Source: Nitrospiria bacterium
GTDB taxonomy: Bacteria > Nitrospirota > Nitrospiria > SBBL01 > JAADHI01
NCBI GenBank assembly: GCA_046756925.1
Contig: JBHHXH010000002.1
Location: 2,990 to 66,989 of the forward strand
Length of the DNA stretch: 64,000 nt
Direction: 5' to 3'
Positions 27,363 through 35,633 of the stretch are shown piece by piece; position 1 is the stretch's first letter, and each line of letters begins with the position of its first letter. Under the pieces are notes generated by a model. That model was not told the origin of the DNA and did not search any database. It saw nothing but the letters and a program-made list of their open reading frames with translations. The translations under genes and the position numbers were made by a program.

Positions 27363-29081
27363 TCATGGTTTATAACGGTCTCCTGGAATAATCTGCTCAT
27401 AGGGCCGAGTCGTCATTTGGATCTCACCGCTCTTTGGATCTCTGACCGAGTTGACGAATTTCAACCAGTTGACGTCATCCCGATCGGGGTAATCTCTCCG
27501 GGTGTGGTAGGTCGGCCAGCGGGTTTCTTTTCGGTAGGAAAGATGTTCCACTAAGACTTGCGCCACATCCACCCGATCGATGATTTCATGCGCTTTCATC
27601 AGCTGGTGCAGGTCCTCCGCGATCAATTGGTTGGCCTCGCCGGGTAATGTCGAGAGCCGTTTGCGGGCGATTGCGAGCATTTCCTCATTCATTTCGTAAT
27701 AGGTGGAGACACCGCCGGCATACTGTTCCATGATTTTCTGAAGCCGGGCCTCAAGATCGGCCGGATGGATGCCCCGCATCCCTTGTTCATGATTGTAAAA
27801 TGCATTGAAGGCCCGCTTTTCTTCTTGCGCGATTTGGGCGTCCGATACAGTTGTGTTTTCCATCTGAGCGATATCGTCTCCCATCGTCCGGGCGGCCAAG
27901 ACGCCCTCCGCCCAACAACCGGAGACAAACTTATAAGGCGCGCCGCCCGCGACGTCACCTGCGGCATAGAGTCCCTTCAGCGTCGTCCTGCGACCGACAT
28001 CCACCCAATACCCTGCCTGGCAGTGGCCTCCGACGATATAGGGCTCCGTCGTTTGGACTTCCACCGGCTCTTTTCCGGGATCGATGTTGTTCGACAACCA
28101 GTAAAGCACTTGAGAAGGATACATATCTAGATAGGCTTTTTTCAGGTCCTGCACTTTTTCCGGGGGAATCCCCCGGGTATCCAGGTAGACCGGACCGCGG
28201 CCTTCTTTGATCTCTTGAATCGGGCCGTGCGCCCGATAAGGGGTCGGCGCCCCGTCTCCGCCGATGTTGCCGTAGCGGTTCACCATGAAACGCTCCCCCT
28301 TGGAATTGACCTGTGGCGCGCCGGCCCCCAGCGCAATCGTTCCTGTCGGGGCGATGGCATCTTTGGTCCGGATGGCGACATAACGCATCTCGTAGGAGGT
28401 CATCTCCGCACCAGCCCGGATGCCCATGGCATAGCCTGCACCGGTGTTATAGGGCGAGTACCAGGTTTTATGAGACGCATCTCCGGTATTGTTCGGACGG
28501 TACAAACCCGCCGCGCCGCCCGTTGCAATCAGGGTCGCCTTTGCCCGAACGACATAAAACTTACCGTTTCGAAGCGAGAATCCGACGGCGCCCGCGATGC
28601 GGTCCCCATCGGTGAGTAGATTCGTGACCACGATCCAATTGTAAACCTTGGTTCCCGCCGTGCGGGCGGCCCGGGCCAGAATCGGCTTGAGGGACTCGCC
28701 GTTGATCTTGATATTCCATCGGCCTCGGGGGAGATACTCCCCATTTTCATCGCACAATATCGGAAGTCCCCATTTTTCGACCTTTTTGACGCAATATTCA
28801 AAAAGCGCCGACATCGACTGAACCAGGTCTTCGCGGATGAGACCGCAAGAATCGGACCGAACATAGCGCACAAAGCTTTCCGGCGTTTCCCCCTTATTTA
28901 AATAGGCATTGATGGCGTTCATCCCGCCCGCCAGGCAACCGCTCCGATCGATGTGGGCCTTCTCAAGGATGGTGACTTTATATTGGGGAAAGCGTTCCCG
29001 CACTTCAACGGCCGCCATGCAACCGGCGGTGCCTCCTCCGATGATTAAGATGTCCGTATCGATGATTTGCCGTTCGATCAT
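27363..29081 (-). CDS. aprA: Adenylylsulfate (APS) reductase alpha subunit AprA (FAD flavoprotein)
   Basis: ATG at 29081 after GGTGAGGA (the ORF-track GTG at 29090 is less likely). FAD fold DILIIGGGTAGCMAA. Collinear resemblance to AprA throughout (EKWGLPI, GAVGFS, ATGGA, YRKETRWP). Confidence 0.88.
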   Translation of the reverse strand: MIERQIIDTDILIIGGGTAGCMAAVEVRERFPQYKVTILEKAHIDRSGCLAGGMNAINAYLNKGETPESFVRYVRSDSCGLIREDLVQSMSALFEYCVKKVEKWGLPILCDENGEYLPRGRWNIKINGESLKPILARAARTAGTKVYNWIVVTNLLTDGDRIAGAVGFSLRNGKFYVVRAKATLIATGGAAGLYRPNNTGDASHKTWYSPYNTGAGYAMGIRAGAEMTSYEMRYVAIRTKDAIAPTGTIALGAGAPQVNSKGERFMVNRYGNIGGDGAPTPYRAHGPIQEIKEGRGPVYLDTRGIPPEKVQDLKKAYLDMYPSQVLYWLSNNIDPGKEPVEVQTTEPYIVGGHCQAGYWVDVGRRTTLKGLYAAGDVAGGAPYKFVSGCWAEGVLAARTMGDDIAQMENTTVSDAQIAQEEKRAFNAFYNHEQGMRGIHPADLEARLQKIMEQYAGGVSTYYEMNEEMLAIARKRLSTLPGEANQLIAEDLHQLMKAHEIIDRVDVAQVLVEHLSYRKETRWPTYHTRRDYPDRDDVNWLKFVNSVRDPKSGEIQMTTRPYEQIIPGDRYKP

Positions 29082-29154
29082 TGTCCTCACCCTAAAAAAT
29101 GTCGTATCCGATTCGCTTTCACACTTGTTTTGTCGATGGCGCTTGGAAAGCGCT

Positions 29155-29601
29155 TCAGATATGGAACATTAAGACGTTTCCGCCTTCCCTTTCTATTTTT
29201 CTTTCACAAAGGTCTTGAAAGTTGATGGCATTCAGTTGGTTTTGAAGAACATCGTTCGCTTCATGCCATATTTCTCTAAGGATCATGCTGTCGATTCCCC
29301 TTTCACCCGGCTTGTTGTAGGAAAGCTCGGAGGGCGCATTTTGACCTTCGATCGCCCTGAGGACCTCACCGAAGGTGATCTGACCCGGCAATCGCGCCAA
29401 TCGATAACCCCCGTGGGGCCCACGCACACTTTCCACCAAGCCTTTTTTCTTCAATTGGCTCATGACCTGTTCCAAAAATCGCAGGGGGATCTTCTCTTTT
29501 TGCGCGATCGCTTTGACTTGTAGGGGGCCAGGGTCGGTATGGAGCGAGAGGGCCAACACGGCCAGCACGGCATATTCGCCTTTTGCAGAAAAATGGAGCA
29601 T
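29155..29601 (-). CDS. Rrf2-family transcriptional regulator lacking the Cys cluster ligands (CymR-like)
   Basis: Rrf2 wHTH N-terminus (SAKGEYAVLAVLALS...IPLRFLEQVMSQLKKKGLVESVRGPHGGYRLA). It has only one Cys in the whole protein. It lies directly upstream of aprA on the same strand. Confidence 0.8.
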   Translation of the reverse strand: MLHFSAKGEYAVLAVLALSLHTDPGPLQVKAIAQKEKIPLRFLEQVMSQLKKKGLVESVRGPHGGYRLARLPGQITFGEVLRAIEGQNAPSELSYNKPGERGIDSMILREIWHEANDVLQNQLNAINFQDLCERKIEREGGNVLMFHI

Positions 29602-29640
29602 AAAACATACTATTCCGATAGGTTATATATAGTATATGCA

Positions 29641-29669
29641 TTTATAATGGATGCGGAGGTGCTTGTCAA
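29641..29669 (-). promoter_or_regulatory. Sigma70-type promoter of rrf2-aprAB-sat
   Basis: The minus strand reads TTGACA (29669-29664), a 17-nt spacer, then TATAAA (29646-29641). The inverted repeat ATACTAT-N15-ATAGTAT (29607-29635) lies between the -10 and the ATG. Confidence 0.5.
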
Positions 29670-29705
29670 CTCAAAACTGGTATCGCTCAGTTTTTCGATC
29701 CGAAT

Positions 29706-29734
29706 CTTAAGTCGACGCCCAAAGTCGACTTAAG
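29706..29734. repeat. Perfect 11-bp inverted repeat CTTAAGTCGAC-N7-GTCGACTTAAG
   Basis: Read directly from the sequence. It lies between the lspA stop (29834) and the rrf2 promoter. Confidence 0.8.
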
Positions 29735-29833
29735 GTCGCACCCAGTTGAAGTTCGGGCAATCATGAAGAGAATGTTGGAAAAAATGAACCGAGGGCCGAA
29801 AAGAAGGTGTCTGGGCGGGATCGGAAATCGAAA

Positions 29834-30352
29834 TCAGTCCCTTCCATCCGGCTCTTGGGTGACCTGTTTTTTTTGAAGAAAGAGATGAAACATCATTAAA
29901 GACACCCCGACGGTGATAGATGAGTCCGCCACATTAAAGGCCGGCCAGTGATGCCTGCCGATGAAAAAATCCAAAAAATCGACGACCTTTCCAAGACGAA
30001 TGCGGTCGATCATATTGCCGATGGCACCGCCGAAAAGGAGAGAAACGGCGATCAGCGCAAGGGTGTCCTCATTGGGTGTTTGGCGAAAGATGACACTGAG
30101 CAGGATCAAGGCAATAATAGAAATGATGGTAAAGAAAACGCCGCGAAACGCGGCACCCTGTTCGGCCATAAAGCCAAAGGCCGCACCCGGGTTTTGAATG
30201 TAGGTCAGGGCAAAGAATCCGTCGATGACGATCATGGATTCATGGAGTTCGAATTGGCTTTGTACGAGGCTTTTGGTGATCTGATCTAAGAGGATGATGG
30301 TGCAGCCGATGACCATCAGAAAAAAATGCTTACGGTGCATCAACGTCCTCAT
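29834..30352 (-). CDS. lspA: Lipoprotein signal peptidase II
   Basis: DQITKSLV, GGAIGNMIDR and FNVADSSITVG motifs. Start at ATG 30352 or 30340; both overlap the ileS 3' end. I rejected the upstream part of ORF 29834..30604 as an overlap artefact. Confidence 0.85.
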   Translation of the reverse strand: MRTLMHRKHFFLMVIGCTIILLDQITKSLVQSQFELHESMIVIDGFFALTYIQNPGAAFGFMAEQGAAFRGVFFTIISIIALILLSVIFRQTPNEDTLALIAVSLLFGGAIGNMIDRIRLGKVVDFLDFFIGRHHWPAFNVADSSITVGVSLMMFHLFLQKKQVTQEPDGRD

Positions 30353-33233
30353 CGCGCAAGACCCCGGTGCAGCGCCGGCAAAGACGCGGATGCCTGGGGT
30401 CCGACCCGAAGTCTTCTCCGAAGACCCAACAGCGTTCGCATTTCTCTCCACGGGCGGGTCCGACTTGTACTGCAATGCCCAGCGCGTCATTCGTCTGTTG
30501 ATACGACCAGTCTTCGGTTTGAAGGCGCGCGGTTTCGGAAGGGGTCTTCCATTCCTGTAAACGAACCTGGGAGACGATAAAGAGTGCGGGCAAAAATGTT
30601 TCAAATGCGTTCAGGTCCTGATACACCGGCTTTTTTGCGAACAAGGACGGCGCGGCTTCGAGCGGATTTCCGATTTTTCGTTCCTTTCGCGCGGTTTCCA
30701 GCACGCGGGCCACCGCTTCCCGAATACGGATCAATCGATCCCAGCGCGCCAAGCGTTCTGAATCGACCGCTTTGGCCTTGATGAATGAACAGAGGTGAAC
30801 GGACCGTTTCTTTTTAAGATCTGTCGGGAGATGCGTCCAGATCTCTTCCGCGGTAAAGGTCAATATGGGCGCCATTAAGCGGACCAGTGTCAAGAGGATT
30901 TCCTGCATGACGGCCTGCGCCGCGCGCCGCTCGGGGGAGCGCTGGGCAGAGGTATAGAGCCGGTCTTTTAAGATGTCGAGATAAAAGGCCGAGAGATCGA
31001 CGGCGCAAAAATTATTCAAGGCGTGAAAGACCACATGAAAAGTCGATGTCTGATAAGCCTGTTGGACTTTCTGGTTCAAAAGATGAAGACGGTCTTGCGC
31101 CCATCGATCGATGTCTTGGAAATCGTCTTCCGATACGGCCAGGCGATCGGCACCAGAAAAATCATAGAGATTCCCGAGTAGAAAGCGGCATGTATTCCGG
31201 ATTTTGCGATAGGCTTCCACCATCTGCGTGAGGATATCCGACGAAATACGGATGTCCTCTCGAAAGTCGGTGGCCGCCACCCAAAGCCTCAGGATATCCG
31301 CCCCGTGCCGTTGAATGACTTCCTGCGGGGCAATGACATTGCCCTCCGATTTTGACATCTTTTTACCGGCGCCATCCACGACAAATCCGTGTGTCAAAAC
31401 CGCTTTATAAGGAACGCGGTTGTCCGTCATCAATGCGGCGAGCAGGGTGCTGTGAAACCAGCCACGGTGCTGATCCGAACCCTCCAGGTAGAGGTCCGCG
31501 GGCCATGCCAACTCGGGGCGCGTTTTCAAAACGGCGGCGTGGCTGACCCCCGATTCGAACCAAACATCCAATATATCTTGTTCCTGAATAAAGTTGCCGC
31601 CGCCGCATTTCGGGCAGATGGTGCCTTCGGGCAGCAGGGCTTCGGCAGGTTTCAAAAACCAGAGATCACTGCCGGAACCTTGTTTCATCTCATCCGCGAC
31701 ATGGTCGATGATCTCTTTGGACGTAAAGGTTTCCTTGCAATCACGGCAAGCAAAGGCGACGATGGGCACGCCCCACACGCGTTGGCGGGAGATACACCAG
31801 TCGGGACGGTTTGCGATCATCCCCTCAATCCGGTCTTGTCCCCATTTGGGGATCCATGCGACATCCTCGGTAATCGCTTTTAAGGCGCGCGTGCGAAGAT
31901 CGTTCGCAGACATTGAGATAAACCATTGCTCCGTCGCCCGAAAGATCACAGGCCGCTTGCATCGCCAGCAGTGCGGGTAGGAGTGGGCGATCTCTCCCGC
32001 GTGGAGCAGCGCATCATGTTCTCGCAAGGTTGAGAGAATCTGCGCGTTGGCGTCGAAGACTTTCAGGCCCGAAAACGGTCCGGCTTCTTCCGTAAACCGG
32101 CCGCGGTGATCGACGGGTGCGTAGACCTCGAGTCGATATTGCAAGCCAACCTCGTAATCCTCCTGACCATGTCCGGGGGCGGTGTGAACGCAACCCGTGC
32201 CTTGCTCCAGCGTGACATGCTCAGCAAGTACAATCGGTGAGGGACGATCTATCCAAGGATGGCTGAACTCCCAACCTTCAATTTCAGCGCCGGTAAATGA
32301 GCCGACTTGTTGAATGTTGATCCCTCCAAGCGTTTCTTTAGTGAAACTGTCAAAAAGCTCTCTCGCAACAATGTAAGCATCACTTCCGGCCACAAACACT
32401 ACGTATGTAAGTAGAGGATGCAGGGCGATTGCTTGGTTTGCAACAAGTGTCCAGGGTGTCGTAGTCCAGATTACGATAGAGAGATTTCGACCTTTCATTT
32501 CGTGTGTGATGGGTTGTTCGGCGATCTGTACCACATCTTTGATAATATTGATGAGACTTTCCTCCTGTCGGCCCCGTAGCGGAAACTTCACATAAATCGA
32601 GGGAGATGCATGATCCGCATATTCAACTTCCGCTTCGGCCAGGGCGGTTTCATCATAAGCACACCATAACACTGGTTTTTTCCCTTTATAGACGCCGCCG
32701 GTAGCATAGACCTTTGCGAACTCCCGGACGATCGCGGCTTCGTAGTCCGGGGTCAATGTCAGATAAGGATGTTCCCAGTCGCCAAAAACACCCAAACGTT
32801 TGAACTCTTCCTTCTGGATTTCGACAAACTTTTCCGCATATTCACGACAGCGCTTCCGGATTTCGATTAGCGAGAGGGTCTGCTTTTTCGATCCGAGTTT
32901 TTTTAATACCTGATGCTCGATCGGCAAGCCATGACAATCCCAGCCGGGAACGTAGGGGACCCGGTAGCCGCTCATGGTTTTCGATTTAACGATGATGTCT
33001 TTCAAGATTTTGTTGAGGGCGTGACCGATGTGGATATGGCCGTTCGCATAGGGGGGACCGTCATGCAGGATGTAGGTATTATCCTCAACATGTTGTGTTT
33101 GTATGTGGTCGCATAGCTGCGTTTTGTCCCACTCGGAGAGTTGAGAGGCCTCTCGCTGCGCCAAATTTGCCCGCATGGGGAAGTCGGTTTTCGGAAGGTG
33201 CAAACTGTGCTTATAAGATGTTTTTTTATCCAT
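30330..33233 (-). CDS. ileS: Isoleucine--tRNA ligase (type 1, C-terminal zinc finger)
   Basis: HIGH (ANGHIHIGHALN), KMSKS (GKKMSKSEGN), C-terminal CERCW...CRRC. Start at MDKKTSYKHSLHLPKTDFPMRANL (33233), by analogy with the E. coli N-terminus. Confidence 0.93.
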   Translation of the reverse strand: MDKKTSYKHSLHLPKTDFPMRANLAQREASQLSEWDKTQLCDHIQTQHVEDNTYILHDGPPYANGHIHIGHALNKILKDIIVKSKTMSGYRVPYVPGWDCHGLPIEHQVLKKLGSKKQTLSLIEIRKRCREYAEKFVEIQKEEFKRLGVFGDWEHPYLTLTPDYEAAIVREFAKVYATGGVYKGKKPVLWCAYDETALAEAEVEYADHASPSIYVKFPLRGRQEESLINIIKDVVQIAEQPITHEMKGRNLSIVIWTTTPWTLVANQAIALHPLLTYVVFVAGSDAYIVARELFDSFTKETLGGINIQQVGSFTGAEIEGWEFSHPWIDRPSPIVLAEHVTLEQGTGCVHTAPGHGQEDYEVGLQYRLEVYAPVDHRGRFTEEAGPFSGLKVFDANAQILSTLREHDALLHAGEIAHSYPHCWRCKRPVIFRATEQWFISMSANDLRTRALKAITEDVAWIPKWGQDRIEGMIANRPDWCISRQRVWGVPIVAFACRDCKETFTSKEIIDHVADEMKQGSGSDLWFLKPAEALLPEGTICPKCGGGNFIQEQDILDVWFESGVSHAAVLKTRPELAWPADLYLEGSDQHRGWFHSTLLAALMTDNRVPYKAVLTHGFVVDGAGKKMSKSEGNVIAPQEVIQRHGADILRLWVAATDFREDIRISSDILTQMVEAYRKIRNTCRFLLGNLYDFSGADRLAVSEDDFQDIDRWAQDRLHLLNQKVQQAYQTSTFHVVFHALNNFCAVDLSAFYLDILKDRLYTSAQRSPERRAAQAVMQEILLTLVRLMAPILTFTAEEIWTHLPTDLKKKRSVHLCSFIKAKAVDSERLARWDRLIRIREAVARVLETARKERKIGNPLEAAPSLFAKKPVYQDLNAFETFLPALFIVSQVRLQEWKTPSETARLQTEDWSYQQTNDALGIAVQVGPARGEKCERCWVFGEDFGSDPRHPRLCRRCTGVLRDEDVDAP

Positions 33234-33311
33234 TTTTTCGAGGCCAGATAGTAACATCGGCCCTATGGCTTGTCAACGACGGGACGGGCCGTCTCCGGCT
33301 TCCGCACCGCT

Positions 33312-34850
33312 TTATTGGTCTTGATCGCACTGGGATTCCTTGAGAAACGCGATCGCGGCCGCTTTTGAGGAGAGCCTCCCCAGGAGCTGCTCTTCACGGA
33401 TGATGCTGAGGTATTTCCCAACCCGCGGACCGGATGGGATCTTGAGGGCATCCATCACCTCGCGTCCATTGACAAGCGGCGCCGGAATCTTGGCCCGTTC
33501 GGCGGAGAGGGCTTCGATGCCGGCGATCCGGTCTTTTATCAGATGATAATGAGAGATCTGAATTTGACCCTTCTCGGGAATCGTGGCCATGCCGTCGCAA
33601 AAGATCAACTGCAAGAGTTTCTTTCCGGGATGTTGAGGATTGAGGAAGGTGCGCTCGATGGTGGCCGCGCGCATTTTTTCAATTTGTCCATGGACCAGGA
33701 TCAGATGTTTTCGGACCAGCCATGTCAAGCGGCCTTCGTCGACATGATCGGGGCTTCCCTTTTGTAGGGAAGAGAGCTTGAGCCGTTTAGCGATGATCTT
33801 CACCAGGTCCGCGCCGACCTGGTCGTGGTTGTTGAAACGAATGCGATCCACACCGTCGTCTTCCGGGGTCTGAATGGTTCGGGGTTTGCCGATATCGTGA
33901 AAAAGGACGGCCAAGACCGTCTCGGCGTCGTATCCGTCTCCAAATTCTTGACGATATTCTTGGGACATCAATTGAGAAAGCGCCAGTCGCGTGTGTGTCC
34001 ATACATCTCCTTCCGCGTGATATATTTTCGGTTGGGGACACCCTTTCATGGGGAGGAGTTCCGGGATCAATGCCGCAAAGGCGCCGCTTTTATCCCATAA
34101 GTCGAAGGAACGCACCGGGTCGACCAACATGGCCTTGATAAATTCCTTGGCGATCGTCTCACGCGGAACGACAAAAGCACCCGCTTCGCGTATTGCATTC
34201 AGCTTGCCCATCAATTGCTTTAGGGCGGCCCAGCTTTCGTCCTCGAATCCCAGCTGAAGCTGTGCGGCAAGACGCAGCCCGCGGAGCAGGCGGGTGCTGT
34301 CTTCCGAGAATCGCTGTGATGGATTTCCCACCGCGCGAAGGCAGCCTGATTGTAAATCGGCGATTCCATTGTAGGGATCGATCAGGCTTTTCTTTTTTAG
34401 GTCGACCGCCATGGCATTGATTGTAAAGTCACGACGCTTAAGGTCGGCCTCGACGGGAAGATCCGGATCGGTTCGAACCTCGAAATCGCGATAGGCCCCC
34501 GTGTGAGAGAAAGAAGCTTCCGTTCTGGGTAGGGCCACATCGATCGCTGGCTCAAATGGCTGATCATGGGCATAAAATTTGTAAATCCCGAACTGTTTGC
34601 CCACCCAACTGACCTTCCCATATTGGCGCAGCAGCTTGCCAAGAGCGTCGGCGGGAACATGGCGCACCAAAAAATCGAAGTCCTGGGTCTCGCGTTTCAA
34701 AAGCAGGTCACGGACGGCGCCGCCGACAAGATAGATCTTGCTTTGAGGAAAACGTGCTCCGACAGCAGCCAAAAAAGGAAGGCGTGGCGCGAGTGAGGCC
34801 AGCTTGTCCCATAGGTGTTCGGGCGATATTTCAAGGGTCGATTTTGTCAA
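33312..34850 (-). CDS. cca: CCA tRNA nucleotidyltransferase / poly(A) polymerase family protein with HD domain
   Basis: Nucleotidyltransferase head GGAVRDLLL and RRDFTINAMA. HD motif VLFHDIGKP. 512 aa. Confidence 0.7.
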   Translation of the reverse strand: MTKSTLEISPEHLWDKLASLAPRLPFLAAVGARFPQSKIYLVGGAVRDLLLKRETQDFDFLVRHVPADALGKLLRQYGKVSWVGKQFGIYKFYAHDQPFEPAIDVALPRTEASFSHTGAYRDFEVRTDPDLPVEADLKRRDFTINAMAVDLKKKSLIDPYNGIADLQSGCLRAVGNPSQRFSEDSTRLLRGLRLAAQLQLGFEDESWAALKQLMGKLNAIREAGAFVVPRETIAKEFIKAMLVDPVRSFDLWDKSGAFAALIPELLPMKGCPQPKIYHAEGDVWTHTRLALSQLMSQEYRQEFGDGYDAETVLAVLFHDIGKPRTIQTPEDDGVDRIRFNNHDQVGADLVKIIAKRLKLSSLQKGSPDHVDEGRLTWLVRKHLILVHGQIEKMRAATIERTFLNPQHPGKKLLQLIFCDGMATIPEKGQIQISHYHLIKDRIAGIEALSAERAKIPAPLVNGREVMDALKIPSGPRVGKYLSIIREEQLLGRLSSKAAAIAFLKESQCDQDQ

Positions 34851-35057
34851 GGTTTGTCCGATCCCTTCGGGAGCTTTTAATGGAAGGTATTAAATGGTCA
34901 TCGATATCAATGTTCCCCAAACGACAGATGAGCTCATCGAAACGATGCATGCATACTATAGAACATTTTCACCTTCAAAAAAATACACCTTTTACCCGGG
35001 ATTCGCGAAAAGAAGCTCGATACAAGGCCCCGACGTCGCTTTTATCGTTTTTTGTCC

Positions 35058-35120
35058 TTGACATTGTGGGATTAGATTGTATAATTTGCCGAAAAGTGTC
35101 ATAAAGTGGGGGAGAGTGGG
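35058..35120 (+). promoter_or_regulatory. dcw (Pmra-like) promoter and MraZ-box direct repeats
   Basis: TTGACA (35058-35063), a 16-nt spacer, then TATAAT (35080-35085). Then GTGTC (35096), GTGGG (35106) and GTGGG (35116) at exact 10-bp phasing, just before mraZ. Confidence 0.55.
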
Positions 35121-35126
35121 AAGCCT

Positions 35127-35570
35127 ATGTTCATGGGCATGTTTCAGCATAACATCGATAACAAGGGCCGCTTAAGTGTTCCCGGCCAATTTCGCGAGGC
35201 AATCAAAACCCTGCCGGATGACAAGCTGATTCTCACCAGCAATCTGGACCGCTGCCTCGTCCTCTACCCCTCTCAAGAGTGGCATTATTTTAAAGAGAAA
35301 GCAAAAACCCTTCCATCGATGAATAAAAAAGTCACCAAATTTTATCGATTTCTTTTCTCTCGTGCAACGCCCTGCAGCCTCGATAAGCAAGGCCGGATTT
35401 TGATTCCTCAACTGCTCCGAGACCATGCCGCCTTAGAAGGAGAGACTTGTCTTGTTGGAATTGACAATAAAATCGAAATATGGAATCAAGCTCGTTGGAT
35501 GGAGGAAGACAGTCTCACCACATCGAACCCTGAAGAAATTTTAGAAGCGATGGCGGACTTGGGAATGTGA
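35127..35570 (+). CDS. mraZ: Transcriptional regulator MraZ
   Basis: Two SpoVT/AbrB-like halves with DNKGRLSVP and DKQGRILIP. First gene of the dcw cluster. Confidence 0.9.
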   Translation: MFMGMFQHNIDNKGRLSVPGQFREAIKTLPDDKLILTSNLDRCLVLYPSQEWHYFKEKAKTLPSMNKKVTKFYRFLFSRATPCSLDKQGRILIPQLLRDHAALEGETCLVGIDNKIEIWNQARWMEEDSLTTSNPEEILEAMADLGM

Positions 35571-35633
35571 CGTAATCGCAAGGAGGATGGCCTGGAAGTA
35601 TCCGCGGAAAACAATCACCTTCAACACCAACCC

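Noticed and set aside
34469-34480. GGTTCGAAC T-loop-like strings (also 53719-53730) as hints of tRNA genes
   Set aside because: Both lie inside well-supported CDS (cca-family gene and pgeF), and no acceptor or anticodon stem context can be drawn around them.
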